DNA of 64,000 bases. Source: an uncultured Desulfatitalea sp. (GTDB lineage: Bacteria > Desulfobacterota > Desulfobacteria > Desulfobacterales > Desulfosarcinaceae). Positions within the stretch are counted from its first letter, which is position 1. Every line of letters begins with the position of its first letter. Below the pieces are notes generated by a model. The model was not told where the DNA came from. It did no database searches and saw only the letters and a list, made by a program, of their open reading frames with translations. This document shows positions 1 to 8,204 of the stretch, piece after piece. Position numbers and translations under genes: made by a program. Location of the stretch: the NCBI GenBank assembly GCA_963668675.2, contig CAXXMB010000001.1, positions 736,001 to 800,000 on the forward strand, written 5' to 3'.

Positions 1-1
1 C

Positions 2-1102
2 GCTGGCGTCGCCGGCGCTGTTGTGTGGCTGTGCCTGGTGGCGGGGAAATATCGTCTTCCGGCCTTTTGCGGATTGTTTTTCTTTTTGAATCATACAGTT
101 GAAAGCTCTTTTCTGAATCTTGAATTGATCTACGAACATCGCAACTATGTCCCCACTATGTTTCTCTTCCTCCCTGTGGCCATTGCGGCAGTGCGCAGCT
201 TGGATTTTTTTTACTATCGGGTCTCATTCCAGGTGGCAATATCGTTTGGCCTGGCGCTTTGGCTGCTTGCCGCCATCCAAACCACCTGGAGCTATAACAG
301 AACATTTCGCAACGCCGTTTCATTGTGGGAGCATACGCTGGCGGTATATCCAGGTATGAGTCTTCCGTACGTGAACCTTGGAAAAGCGATGTGGTACGCG
401 GGTGAACGCGACGCTTGCTATCGGCTTATTCGAAAAGGCATCGAGTACGACAATTTCAAAAACCTACAGCAAAAAGGGGTCGCCTATTACAACTTGGGGC
501 TCTATGCCGTTGATGAGGCGGATGATTTGAAGATGGCGTTGGGATACTTCGAGGAGGCGGTTCGGTTCTATGACGTCAATCCCCGAATTTGGTACGAATT
601 GGCGCAGGTGAAGATGAAAATGGGGGATTTCGCCTCTGCTGGTGAGGAGATCAGGATCGCTTTGGAAAAATGGCCGAAAGATGAGGATTTGCTGTACCTT
701 AAAGCGGTGAACGATTTGAAAATGGGGCGCTATAAAGAAGCGCTGGATAGTTCAGGACAGCTGATGCGGGAGAACAGCGGAAAGCACTATAAGGTCGCCT
801 TGATGGTATCCGCCGAGAGTTACCGCCGTTTGGGCAATATCCAAGAGTCGAAGGCTTCGTGGTCTCGGTTGATTGAAAAGGATCCGGACAATTTGGCGGC
901 ACTGATGGCGTTGATCGAACTTTCAGTGGCGCAGGGAGAGGAGGCCGATCTGAAGCATTATGTCGATCGAATTTTAACCATTAAAGGTGTGCGGCAATTG
1001 GGAGGTGAGTTTGAAGTCAACCTCAAGAATGAGAATATGATGCCATACGTGCCTGATATAAATGTAATAAAGAAGGCCATACACTATTTTGGCGATGTAT
1101 AG
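2..1102 (+). CDS. TPR-containing membrane protein, GT-C/TMTC-like glycosyltransferase (5' truncated by window edge)
   Basis: Frame open from base 2; hydrophobic helices with motif HTVESS...IYEHRNYVP (resembles the ER(Y/N)xYxP motif of TMTC-like proteins), then RNRTFRNAVSLW and several TPR-like repeats. Confidence 0.65.
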   Translation, partial: AGVAGAVVWLCLVAGKYRLPAFCGLFFFLNHTVESSFLNLELIYEHRNYVPTMFLFLPVAIAAVRSLDFFYYRVSFQVAISFGLALWLLAAIQTTWSYNRTFRNAVSLWEHTLAVYPGMSLPYVNLGKAMWYAGERDACYRLIRKGIEYDNFKNLQQKGVAYYNLGLYAVDEADDLKMALGYFEEAVRFYDVNPRIWYELAQVKMKMGDFASAGEEIRIALEKWPKDEDLLYLKAVNDLKMGRYKEALDSSGQLMRENSGKHYKVALMVSAESYRRLGNIQESKASWSRLIEKDPDNLAALMALIELSVAQGEEADLKHYVDRILTIKGVRQLGGEFEVNLKNENMMPYVPDINVIKKAIHYFGDV

Positions 1103-1140
1103 CCTTCAGCCCAGAATAGATATGGGCGAGGAGTTTGCCC

Positions 1141-1560
1141 TTACAAACCCGGCCTTGGAACTGTCTGGGAGGTTGTCAATGTGGCAACCGGCGTATCGGC
1201 TCTTCCCGTAACGGTAAGGGTGATATCACCCGTGCCGCCTGCAGGGGCTCCAGCACCGCTCACGGTTAGGTAAAAATCCCCCAAGTCTGTGCCTAATTCT
1301 GTTGATAAGTAGTTAATTGTGTCGGGAGCGATGTTGGCCAGCACCTGCTGCGCAAAGTAGCCGTTCACGCGTCCGACAGCCTCAGCTATTCCGGTGCCCA
1401 TGGCTTTCTGTCGGGCTTGGTCCTGCAGGTCGAAATATTTGGGGACGGCAACAACTGCAAGGATGCTCATGATGACGAGAACCGCAATGATCTCCAGTAG
1501 GGTAAAACCAGCATTGTCGAGTGAATGATTCTCTTTTTGATCGTGATTCTCAGTGTTCAT
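1141..1560 (-). CDS. Type IV pilin / prepilin (MshA/PilA-like)
   Basis: Class III signal peptide AG|FTLLEIIAVLVIMSILAVVAVPKY with E5; ATG at 1560 preceded by AGGGAG RBS; mature protein 121 aa, no Cys. Confidence 0.92.
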   Translation of the reverse strand: MNTENHDQKENHSLDNAGFTLLEIIAVLVIMSILAVVAVPKYFDLQDQARQKAMGTGIAEAVGRVNGYFAQQVLANIAPDTINYLSTELGTDLGDFYLTVSGAGAPAGGTGDITLTVTGRADTPVATLTTSQTVPRPGL

Positions 1561-1603
1561 TGAATTCTCCCTATGATTCAGTATTTTATTTTGACCACTA
1601 ACA

Positions 1604-1619
1604 TGCACTCAATATGCCA
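1604..1619 (-). promoter_or_regulatory. sigma54 (-24/-12) promoter of the pilin gene
   Basis: Minus strand reads TGGCATATTGAGTGCA = GG-N10-GC, 44 nt upstream of the pilin ATG; a sigma54 activator gene lies immediately upstream. Confidence 0.75.
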
Positions 1620-1649
1620 CTGATGTAAAGAATAGGCAAATTATTTATT

Positions 1650-1667
1650 TTGACAAAAATTAGTCAA
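1650..1667. promoter_or_regulatory. Palindrome TTGAC-N8-GTCAA, candidate transcription-factor site
   Basis: TTGAC AAAAATTA GTCAA; the same arms and spacing recur at 19940-19957. Confidence 0.4.
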
Positions 1668-1726
1668 CATTACAGTAAGATAAAATTTTATTAGATGAAA
1701 CACGCACGGAGGCGCATGCTTAATAA

Positions 1727-1763
1727 TGTGGTAAAAACTACAAAATATGTAGCAGATTCTCCA
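1727..1763. promoter_or_regulatory. Tandem enhancer-like (UAS) sites, consensus TGTAG-N6-CTACA
   Basis: TGTGG-TAAAAA-CTACA (1727-1742) and TGTAG-CAGATT-CTCCA (1748-1763), 21-bp period, 108-144 bp upstream of the -24 element. Confidence 0.55.
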
Positions 1764-1869
1764 AGAAATATGGTTCTATTTGCTTGGTTTTAGATTTTTA
1801 AATAGGGGGGTATGGTATTTCATGCATATTGGGGATAATTCGAAAACCCATCAACTGCGCATCCCCCTG

Positions 1870-3213
1870 TCAGGTCTTGTAAACGTTAGCATCAATGCTG
1901 TGTTTTTTGAGTCGATGCCAAAGACTGCGCTCCTTGATGCCCAGCAGCCTGGCTGCCTGTTTCTGGACGCCCCTGCTTTGGGAGAGGGCATGGATAATCA
2001 TGTTCTTTTCGAACTCCCGCAAGCGTTGGTCAAGATCCTGGCTGTCTTCGGAACTTTCATCTGAACTTAAACGCAGCTCATGGCTGGGCACGATCGGCCA
2101 GCTCTCGGTGATGGAGGAGGGCAGATGCACCGGTTCGACGGAACTGCCGGACATTACGGATGCCGATTGGATGGCATTTTGCAATTCGCGAACATTTCCA
2201 GGCCACTCATGGGCCATGAGCCTCTGGATGCTGGCTGAAGAAAGTTTTTTGTTCTCCGCCATTTTATTCAGGAAATGTTCGGCCAGAAGAGGAATATCTT
2301 CACGTCTTTCGCGCAGGGGCGGCAGATGGATCAAAAAGACATTGAGGCGATAGAATAGATCCTCTCTGAAAACACCCCTTTTCACCAGTTCGGGCAAGTT
2401 CTTGTTGGTGGCCGCGATGAAGCGGACATCGACCTTGATCGGCTGCACCGCACCCAACCGTTCGATCTGATGCTCTTCAAGTGCCCTGAGCAGCTTGGCC
2501 TGGGTCTCAATCGGCATATCCCCGATCTCATCCAGAAAGAGGGTTCCCTCGTCAGCCAGCTCTATCTTTCCGACTTTGCGTCCCGTTGCACCGGTGAAAG
2601 CGCCCTTTTCATGGCCGAACATTTCGCTTTCGAGGAGGCCTTCGGGGATGGCAGCGCAATTGATCGCCAGAAATGGATGGTTTTTACGGTGACTGTGGCG
2701 GTGGATGGCGTTGGCCACCAGCTCCTTGCCAGTGCCGGTCTCTCCGGCCACCAGCACCATGGAATCGGTCGGGGCCACTTTGATGATCTGGTTGAACACG
2801 GCCCGCATGAGGGTGCTGTGCCCTACGATATCGGGAAAGAGTTCACTCGCCTCCATCTTGCTCAGGATTTCGGTGACCTGATCGAATACACGTGAAAAAC
2901 GATTGATTTCGCCGTCGGTGGATTCGAATGATTTCTTGGTTGCATCGATCTCTTTGATAACACCCATGGTCTGGGTTTTATCGACGAAGCGCTCAACCGG
3001 TGAGATGAGAAATTTAACGACCAGCAAGCCACAGCTGAAGGTGAAAAAGATCAGAACGGCGCCCCAAAAGGCCAGCGGCCACTTGGGCTGTAGGCTTTGT
3101 GAGAGGTAAAAGTGAGTCAGCTGGTAAGCGACCAGAAAAGCCAGGGTCGTAAACCCGGCGAAGATGACCGGGATCAGAAAGTACAAATTGATTTGAAAAC
3201 GGATATCTCGCAT
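1870..3213 (-). CDS. Membrane-anchored sigma54-dependent transcriptional activator (2 TM + HAMP-like + AAA+ + Fis HTH)
   Basis: Walker A GETGTGKE, GAFTGA loop, Walker B LFLDEIG, WPGNVREL, C-terminal HTH (QKQAARLLGI); N-terminus has two hydrophobic helices and no receiver domain. Confidence 0.9.
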   Translation of the reverse strand: MRDIRFQINLYFLIPVIFAGFTTLAFLVAYQLTHFYLSQSLQPKWPLAFWGAVLIFFTFSCGLLVVKFLISPVERFVDKTQTMGVIKEIDATKKSFESTDGEINRFSRVFDQVTEILSKMEASELFPDIVGHSTLMRAVFNQIIKVAPTDSMVLVAGETGTGKELVANAIHRHSHRKNHPFLAINCAAIPEGLLESEMFGHEKGAFTGATGRKVGKIELADEGTLFLDEIGDMPIETQAKLLRALEEHQIERLGAVQPIKVDVRFIAATNKNLPELVKRGVFREDLFYRLNVFLIHLPPLRERREDIPLLAEHFLNKMAENKKLSSASIQRLMAHEWPGNVRELQNAIQSASVMSGSSVEPVHLPSSITESWPIVPSHELRLSSDESSEDSQDLDQRLREFEKNMIIHALSQSRGVQKQAARLLGIKERSLWHRLKKHSIDANVYKT

Positions 3214-3259
3214 GATTCGATAGAATAGGGCTGTTTAATTGATGAAGCGGGTGTCCTTG

Positions 3260-4480
3260 TTATTGAACGACGCGGGCAAGGTCCCACATGGGCATGTAGA
3301 TGGCCAGCGCAAAAAAACCGATGACGGCGGCCATGCCAACAATAAGGATCGGGCCAAGAGAGTCGTTAAATCGCTTTACAGTATAGGAGAGCTCCCAGTC
3401 GTAATGGGCGGCGATGTCGTCGAGCATCTCCTCCATATTGCCTGTCTCCTCACCGATGGCGGTCATGTTGATGACGATGGGCGTGAAATATCTCGATTGG
3501 CGCAGCGGGGCTGCGATACCGCGTCCCTCCTCCAGGCGGTCGAGCAGCCCTTCGAACTCCTGCGCGATTGCTTCATTGTGAACCGTTTCCGCAAGAATAT
3601 GCATCGAATCCATTATCCCCACACCGCTGGATTGGAGGATGGAAAAAATACCGGCAAATCGGGACATGGCCGCCTTCTGGAAGAGGGGCCCCAGCAATGG
3701 CAGGCTCAACAGAAGTTTGTCTTTCGCCAGGCGCCCTTCACTGGATTTAAGATAGAGGGAGATGCTGGTAATGAGCACAACGGCAGCCAGAAGAACGATA
3801 TACCAGTAGTCTGTCAGCACGTTGTATAGCATAATGCAGATTCTGGTTAAAAGCGGTAGTTCGAGGCCCGATTGCATGAAAATGTTTGAAAATTTCGGGA
3901 TGACGTAGGTCAGCAGCACGAAAAAGGCGATCACCAGAAAGGAGAGCACCATGGCCGGATATTGAAGCGCTGACCGTATTTCGGAGCGAATCTTGTAGTC
4001 ATGTTCCATCATGTCGATGAGTCGCTCGAGCACTTCGGACAGGGCGCCGCTGGCTTCACCGGCGCGAACCATGCTGCAGTAGAGCGAGGAGAAGATATCG
4101 GGATGTTTGCGGAACGATTCATAAAGGCTCGACCCTTGGGAAACATCATGACTCATGCCTACAATCACCCGTTTCAAGGCGGCGTTTTCCGTTTGCGACT
4201 CGATCGTCTTTAAAAGAGACATCATGGGAATGCCGGCGCGAACCATGGTACGGAACTGTTTGGTGAAAAGGATGAGCTCCGGGGTTTTGACCTGCCGCAC
4301 CAATTTGAGCAGGGGGGATAGCCATGAGATCTGTCTTTCGGATGTCCGTAGCTTTACCTTGGATGGAATCAGGCCGTTGCTCACTAGCAGGGTTGTTGCG
4401 GCGTCCTGGGATTCGGCTTCGATGGTGCCGGATATGGTGGCGCCGCTTTCGTTCACGGCTTGATATGAGTAAATCTGCAT
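3260..4480 (-). CDS. pilC: Type IV pilus / T2SS platform protein (PilC/GspF/MshG family)
   Basis: Two GspF repeats (MVRAGEASGAL; MTAIGEETGNME), SALQYP TM and C-terminal AIYMPMW. Confidence 0.9.
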   Translation of the reverse strand: MQIYSYQAVNESGATISGTIEAESQDAATTLLVSNGLIPSKVKLRTSERQISWLSPLLKLVRQVKTPELILFTKQFRTMVRAGIPMMSLLKTIESQTENAALKRVIVGMSHDVSQGSSLYESFRKHPDIFSSLYCSMVRAGEASGALSEVLERLIDMMEHDYKIRSEIRSALQYPAMVLSFLVIAFFVLLTYVIPKFSNIFMQSGLELPLLTRICIMLYNVLTDYWYIVLLAAVVLITSISLYLKSSEGRLAKDKLLLSLPLLGPLFQKAAMSRFAGIFSILQSSGVGIMDSMHILAETVHNEAIAQEFEGLLDRLEEGRGIAAPLRQSRYFTPIVINMTAIGEETGNMEEMLDDIAAHYDWELSYTVKRFNDSLGPILIVGMAAVIGFFALAIYMPMWDLARVVQ

Positions 4481-4538
4481 GAATATGCCTTCCGATACCC
4501 ACGTTGTGGATACCCGTTGCCTTGATCTGATTAAGTGA

Positions 4539-6248
4539 CTACAGCATCACTGCTGAGGCAGCCTCGTCAATTGTAGTGATGCCCTGGGCCACCTTCTCGG
4601 CGGCATCCTCCTTCAGTGTTTTCAATAGACCGGACTGGTGTGCCGCCCGGGTAATCTCCTGGGCCGAGTGGCGTTTCAGGATCATGTCCTGCACCATATC
4701 GTTGATGATCAGCACCTCGTAGATGCCGGTGCGCCCTTTGTACCCTTTGTCCATACAGTTGAAGCAGCCGTTGCCTTTGACCAGATTCGCATCGGGAACC
4801 CGATCCAGGCCCCAGAACTCCAGAGCGGCCTTGGGCGGTTTCGCCGGCTTACTGCAATAGGGGCACACCTTGCGCACCAGTCGCTGTGCGATGGAGACCA
4901 GCATGACCGAGGAGACCAGAAAGGGCTCCACCCCCATATCGATCAGCCTCGTGATCGCACCGGCCGCATCGTTGGTGTGGACCGTGCTGAGTACCCGGTG
5001 GCCGGTCAGAGCCGCCTGCACCGAAATGCCGGCGGTCTCTGCATCGCGCGTCTCTCCCACCATAATGACATCCGGATCCTGGCGCATGATCGAACGCAGA
5101 CCGCTGGCGAAGGTCATGCCGGCCTTTCGATTGAGCTGAATCTGCCGGATTTTGTTGACCCGGTATTCGACCGGATCTTCCAGCGTAATGATGTTGATAT
5201 CGGGCTGATTGATACGCTTCAGAATCGAATAGAGCGTGGTGCTTTTGCCGCTGCCTGTGGGACCGGTGCTCAGGATCATCCCGTAAGGCTTGAAGATCAT
5301 CGACTCCAGCTTCTGAATGTCCGAATCGCTCATGCCGAGTTCTTCCAGTGAATAGACACCGCTGCTGGTGTCGAGCAATCGCAGTACCAGATTTTCGCCA
5401 TGGATGGTTGGGATCGTGGAGGCCCTTATGTTGATCTCTTTGTTGTCCATGCGGATGGTGAAACGGCCGTCCTGGGGAATTCTCGAAAGGGATATATCCA
5501 TACTGGCCAGAATTTTGAGGCGGGATACGATCAGCATATGCATCGATTTGGGTGGGGCCGGCACATCGTGAAGCTTGCCGTCCACCCTGAACCTTACCTG
5601 GACGCGGTCTTTTTCAGGGCTGATATGCACGTCGCTGGCGCCGTCGCGCACCGCCTGGGATAGGATCGAGTTAACCAGGCGAATGACTGGCGCCTCTTCG
5701 GCCATGTCGTGCAGCGATTTGACCTCCAGATCTTCCGAGGTGTTATCCCGTTCGCCGTTTTGAGTACGATTGACCTCCATCTCCTCCATGTGCTCGAGCA
5801 TGCCGCCCATGGAGGAGTAGGTGCCGTAAAGACTTCCCAGCAAGTGGTTCCACTCCTGGTAGGTGCAGATCACCGGCTCGACCTCCATATTGGTGTGAAC
5901 CTCAACGGCATCCAGGGCGTTGATATCGGTTGGATCGGTCATGGCCAGGGTGAGCAGGTAGTTGGTTTTGGAGAGTGGAATGGCTTGCAGCCGCTGCGCC
6001 ATCTCCGCCGGGATCAGCTCTGTAAGTCCCATGTCGATGGGATAATTGTCCGGATGGTATTTTTGAATCTTCAACTGCTGCGAAATCAGATCTGTGATCT
6101 GGGCGCCCGCCACGATTCCTTCGCGAACGAGGAACTGGCCCAGTTTCATATTGTTTCGCTTATGATCCAGAACCGCTTGTTTGAGCTGTTCATCGGTCAT
6201 GAGGCCGGCTTCCACCAGCATTTCACCCAGTCGCTTTTTATTCTTCAC
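4539..6248 (-). CDS. pilB: Type IV pilus assembly ATPase (PilB/GspE/MshE) with N-terminal MshEN-like domain
   Basis: GPTGSGKSTT, TLEDPVE, RQDPDVIMVGE, HTND, tetracysteine CPYC...CFNC; N-terminal RLGEMLVEAGLM...KLGQFLVREG. Confidence 0.93.
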   Translation of the reverse strand: MKNKKRLGEMLVEAGLMTDEQLKQAVLDHKRNNMKLGQFLVREGIVAGAQITDLISQQLKIQKYHPDNYPIDMGLTELIPAEMAQRLQAIPLSKTNYLLTLAMTDPTDINALDAVEVHTNMEVEPVICTYQEWNHLLGSLYGTYSSMGGMLEHMEEMEVNRTQNGERDNTSEDLEVKSLHDMAEEAPVIRLVNSILSQAVRDGASDVHISPEKDRVQVRFRVDGKLHDVPAPPKSMHMLIVSRLKILASMDISLSRIPQDGRFTIRMDNKEINIRASTIPTIHGENLVLRLLDTSSGVYSLEELGMSDSDIQKLESMIFKPYGMILSTGPTGSGKSTTLYSILKRINQPDINIITLEDPVEYRVNKIRQIQLNRKAGMTFASGLRSIMRQDPDVIMVGETRDAETAGISVQAALTGHRVLSTVHTNDAAGAITRLIDMGVEPFLVSSVMLVSIAQRLVRKVCPYCSKPAKPPKAALEFWGLDRVPDANLVKGNGCFNCMDKGYKGRTGIYEVLIINDMVQDMILKRHSAQEITRAAHQSGLLKTLKEDAAEKVAQGITTIDEAASAVML

Positions 6249-6293
6249 GTTTTTGCCTCACCGATTCTATGGAGTGTAAAAAATTGTGACATA

Positions 6294-7991
6294 TCAATAC
6301 AGATATGAATAAATCAGCGCACCATCGGGCCACTCTGATTGAATGTGGCCGTGTTTCACCATACCGGACGGCAGTGCGCTCAAGTAGCCGATGGCATCGT
6401 CCGGGTCGGGAAAACATCGCTTGGCAGCCAGCGAGAAGACCAACCCCTGTGAAGGGTTCCAGTTCGAAATCATGCGCAGCGCCACCTTTTCAGTCTCTTT
6501 GAGATCGTAAAGCCGCTGAACCGCTTGCCCCAATTGATACTGCTCCTCTACGACGACCCAGTGGCATTTGCCCTTTGAGATGTCCGGCTGATGCTTCAAG
6601 GCCGGGAAGTAGATGATATCTCCCAGATCGATGGCGTTTGGATTGACGATGTGCGGATTGGCTTCGATCACGGCGCGCATATTTCGATTTGAGGAGCGCC
6701 CGTATACGGTCCCCACCATCTGGAACAGGGTGTCGCCCGGTTTGACCGAGAGCTGGCCCAGCATATCGGGCGGAGACGTCATCGCGGTTGATGGTTGGGC
6801 GGCCGGCGGCGTCTCGATCTTTTCGACCGCAGCGAGTTGAGAGATTTGGGCTTCGTCTTCAGGTTCAGGTTCGGTCGTTTTGGGTAGCGGCTCTTGAACT
6901 GGATCTTGAGGAACCGGAAGGGCCTCGGATGTGTCATTGACCTGGGGAGGCGCTGTCACTGGAGAGATCTCCTGCACGACAGCAACCTTCGGAGAGGAGG
7001 CTGGTTCGGTAACCGGCGATGTTTCCGGCGGAATTTTGAAGATCGGAACAGTACTTTTTTCAGATAAGATCAGATCCTTGTAAGGTACCAGGATGATCGC
7101 CGCGGCAATGACGATTGCGGAAGCCAGTGTGCCGAAAAGAAGAAGGCGCCGTACCCATCTCTTCTGCGTCCCCATCCGGTTTTTGCAGGATCGGATGATC
7201 GACCAACCGGCTTTCGACCGGTTTTGGATAATCATGGTCAGAACGCTTTGGTGGCATAGGTGGACGATTTTACGCGGATACCCCTTGCTGAAGCGGTAGA
7301 TTGCCCATAGTGCTGGAAGGGTGAATAGGGCCTTCGGTTTTGGTGTTCTACTGGAGAGTTTGAGACGATGATAGATCATCTGGCGCGTGTCGTTGAAATC
7401 CATGGGCGCCAGGTAGTGCAGCCAATTGATACGGTCCGCGAAGTTGGCATGCCGCTTGAGGATCTCCTCAATTTCGGGTTGGGCAAAGATGACGATCTGG
7501 AGCAGCTTGAAGTCGTTGGTTTCGTAGTTGAGCAGTTCCCGAAGGATCTCAATACAGTCGGCGGTGATCTTCTGGCCCTCATCGAGAATGAGGACGGTTG
7601 TTCGTTTTTTATCGACGCCTTCAGTGAAGAGCCGCTGCTTAATGGCCTCTTTAAGTGACATGTCGGTAGCGGGGGAGGGCTCCGGCGTCTCTTTGCAGAT
7701 CATGGAGAAGAGCAGCTTAAGGCACTCTGTGGCGCTGCCGAAGGAGGGGTCGAGAATGAGATGCGTCCGGATATCGGCTTCGGTGTCAAATCGGCGTATC
7801 AGCTCTCTGCAGAGGGTGGTCTTTCCCGTACCGATGTCGCCTATGATGACATTGAGCCCCCGGCGCAGCCTGAGCGCCAATTCCAGTTTCTGCAGGCACA
7901 CGTTGTGCTGCTTGGAGTGGTAGAAAAATTCAGGATCCGGTGAGTTGGAAAACGGTTCCTTCTTAAGCTGCAGTAGTTTGAAATAATCCAT
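6294..7991 (-). CDS. ExeA/GspA/MshM-family AAA ATPase with TM, Pro-rich linker and LysM domain
   Basis: PFSNSPDPEFFY, GDIGTGKTT, LILDEGQ, GYPRKIV; TM helix; LysM-like VKPGDTL...ANPHIVNPNAIDLGDII. Confidence 0.85.
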   Translation of the reverse strand: MDYFKLLQLKKEPFSNSPDPEFFYHSKQHNVCLQKLELALRLRRGLNVIIGDIGTGKTTLCRELIRRFDTEADIRTHLILDPSFGSATECLKLLFSMICKETPEPSPATDMSLKEAIKQRLFTEGVDKKRTTVLILDEGQKITADCIEILRELLNYETNDFKLLQIVIFAQPEIEEILKRHANFADRINWLHYLAPMDFNDTRQMIYHRLKLSSRTPKPKALFTLPALWAIYRFSKGYPRKIVHLCHQSVLTMIIQNRSKAGWSIIRSCKNRMGTQKRWVRRLLLFGTLASAIVIAAAIILVPYKDLILSEKSTVPIFKIPPETSPVTEPASSPKVAVVQEISPVTAPPQVNDTSEALPVPQDPVQEPLPKTTEPEPEDEAQISQLAAVEKIETPPAAQPSTAMTSPPDMLGQLSVKPGDTLFQMVGTVYGRSSNRNMRAVIEANPHIVNPNAIDLGDIIYFPALKHQPDISKGKCHWVVVEEQYQLGQAVQRLYDLKETEKVALRMISNWNPSQGLVFSLAAKRCFPDPDDAIGYLSALPSGMVKHGHIQSEWPDGALIYSYLY

Positions 7992-8051
7992 GGGTATTTG
8001 AAGATTTTTTTAAAGCGTCAACGATAACGAACCGACTGCTTATTCGATTAA

Positions 8052-8123
8052 CGTCATGCCGGACTCGATCCGGCATCCAGAATACATTGAAAAAACTGGA
8101 TTTCGGCCTTCGCCGGAATGACG
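8052..8123. repeat. Palindromic REP/MITE-like element
   Basis: CGTCATGCCGG...CCGGAATGACG terminal inverted repeat (10/11), internal hairpin ATGCCGGA-CTCGA-TCCGGCAT and TCCAG/CTGGA pair. Confidence 0.65.
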
Positions 8124-8204
8124 GGAAATGCACTTTTGGGACTTCTTACTATTTCATCATCTAATATGTCCCCAAATTATAAAAGAGGGCTGTCCCACCG
8201 GGGG

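Noticed and set aside
1141..1560. Electrically conductive (e-pilin) interpretation of the pilin
   Set aside because: Only 8 aromatic residues in 121 (about 6.6%), none after residue 79, and no aromatic at positions 27, 32 or 57; does not meet the usual e-pilin pattern.
1561..1608. Longer pilin start at 1608 given by the ORF track
   Set aside because: Overlaps the predicted sigma54 promoter; the ATG at 1560 has a good RBS.
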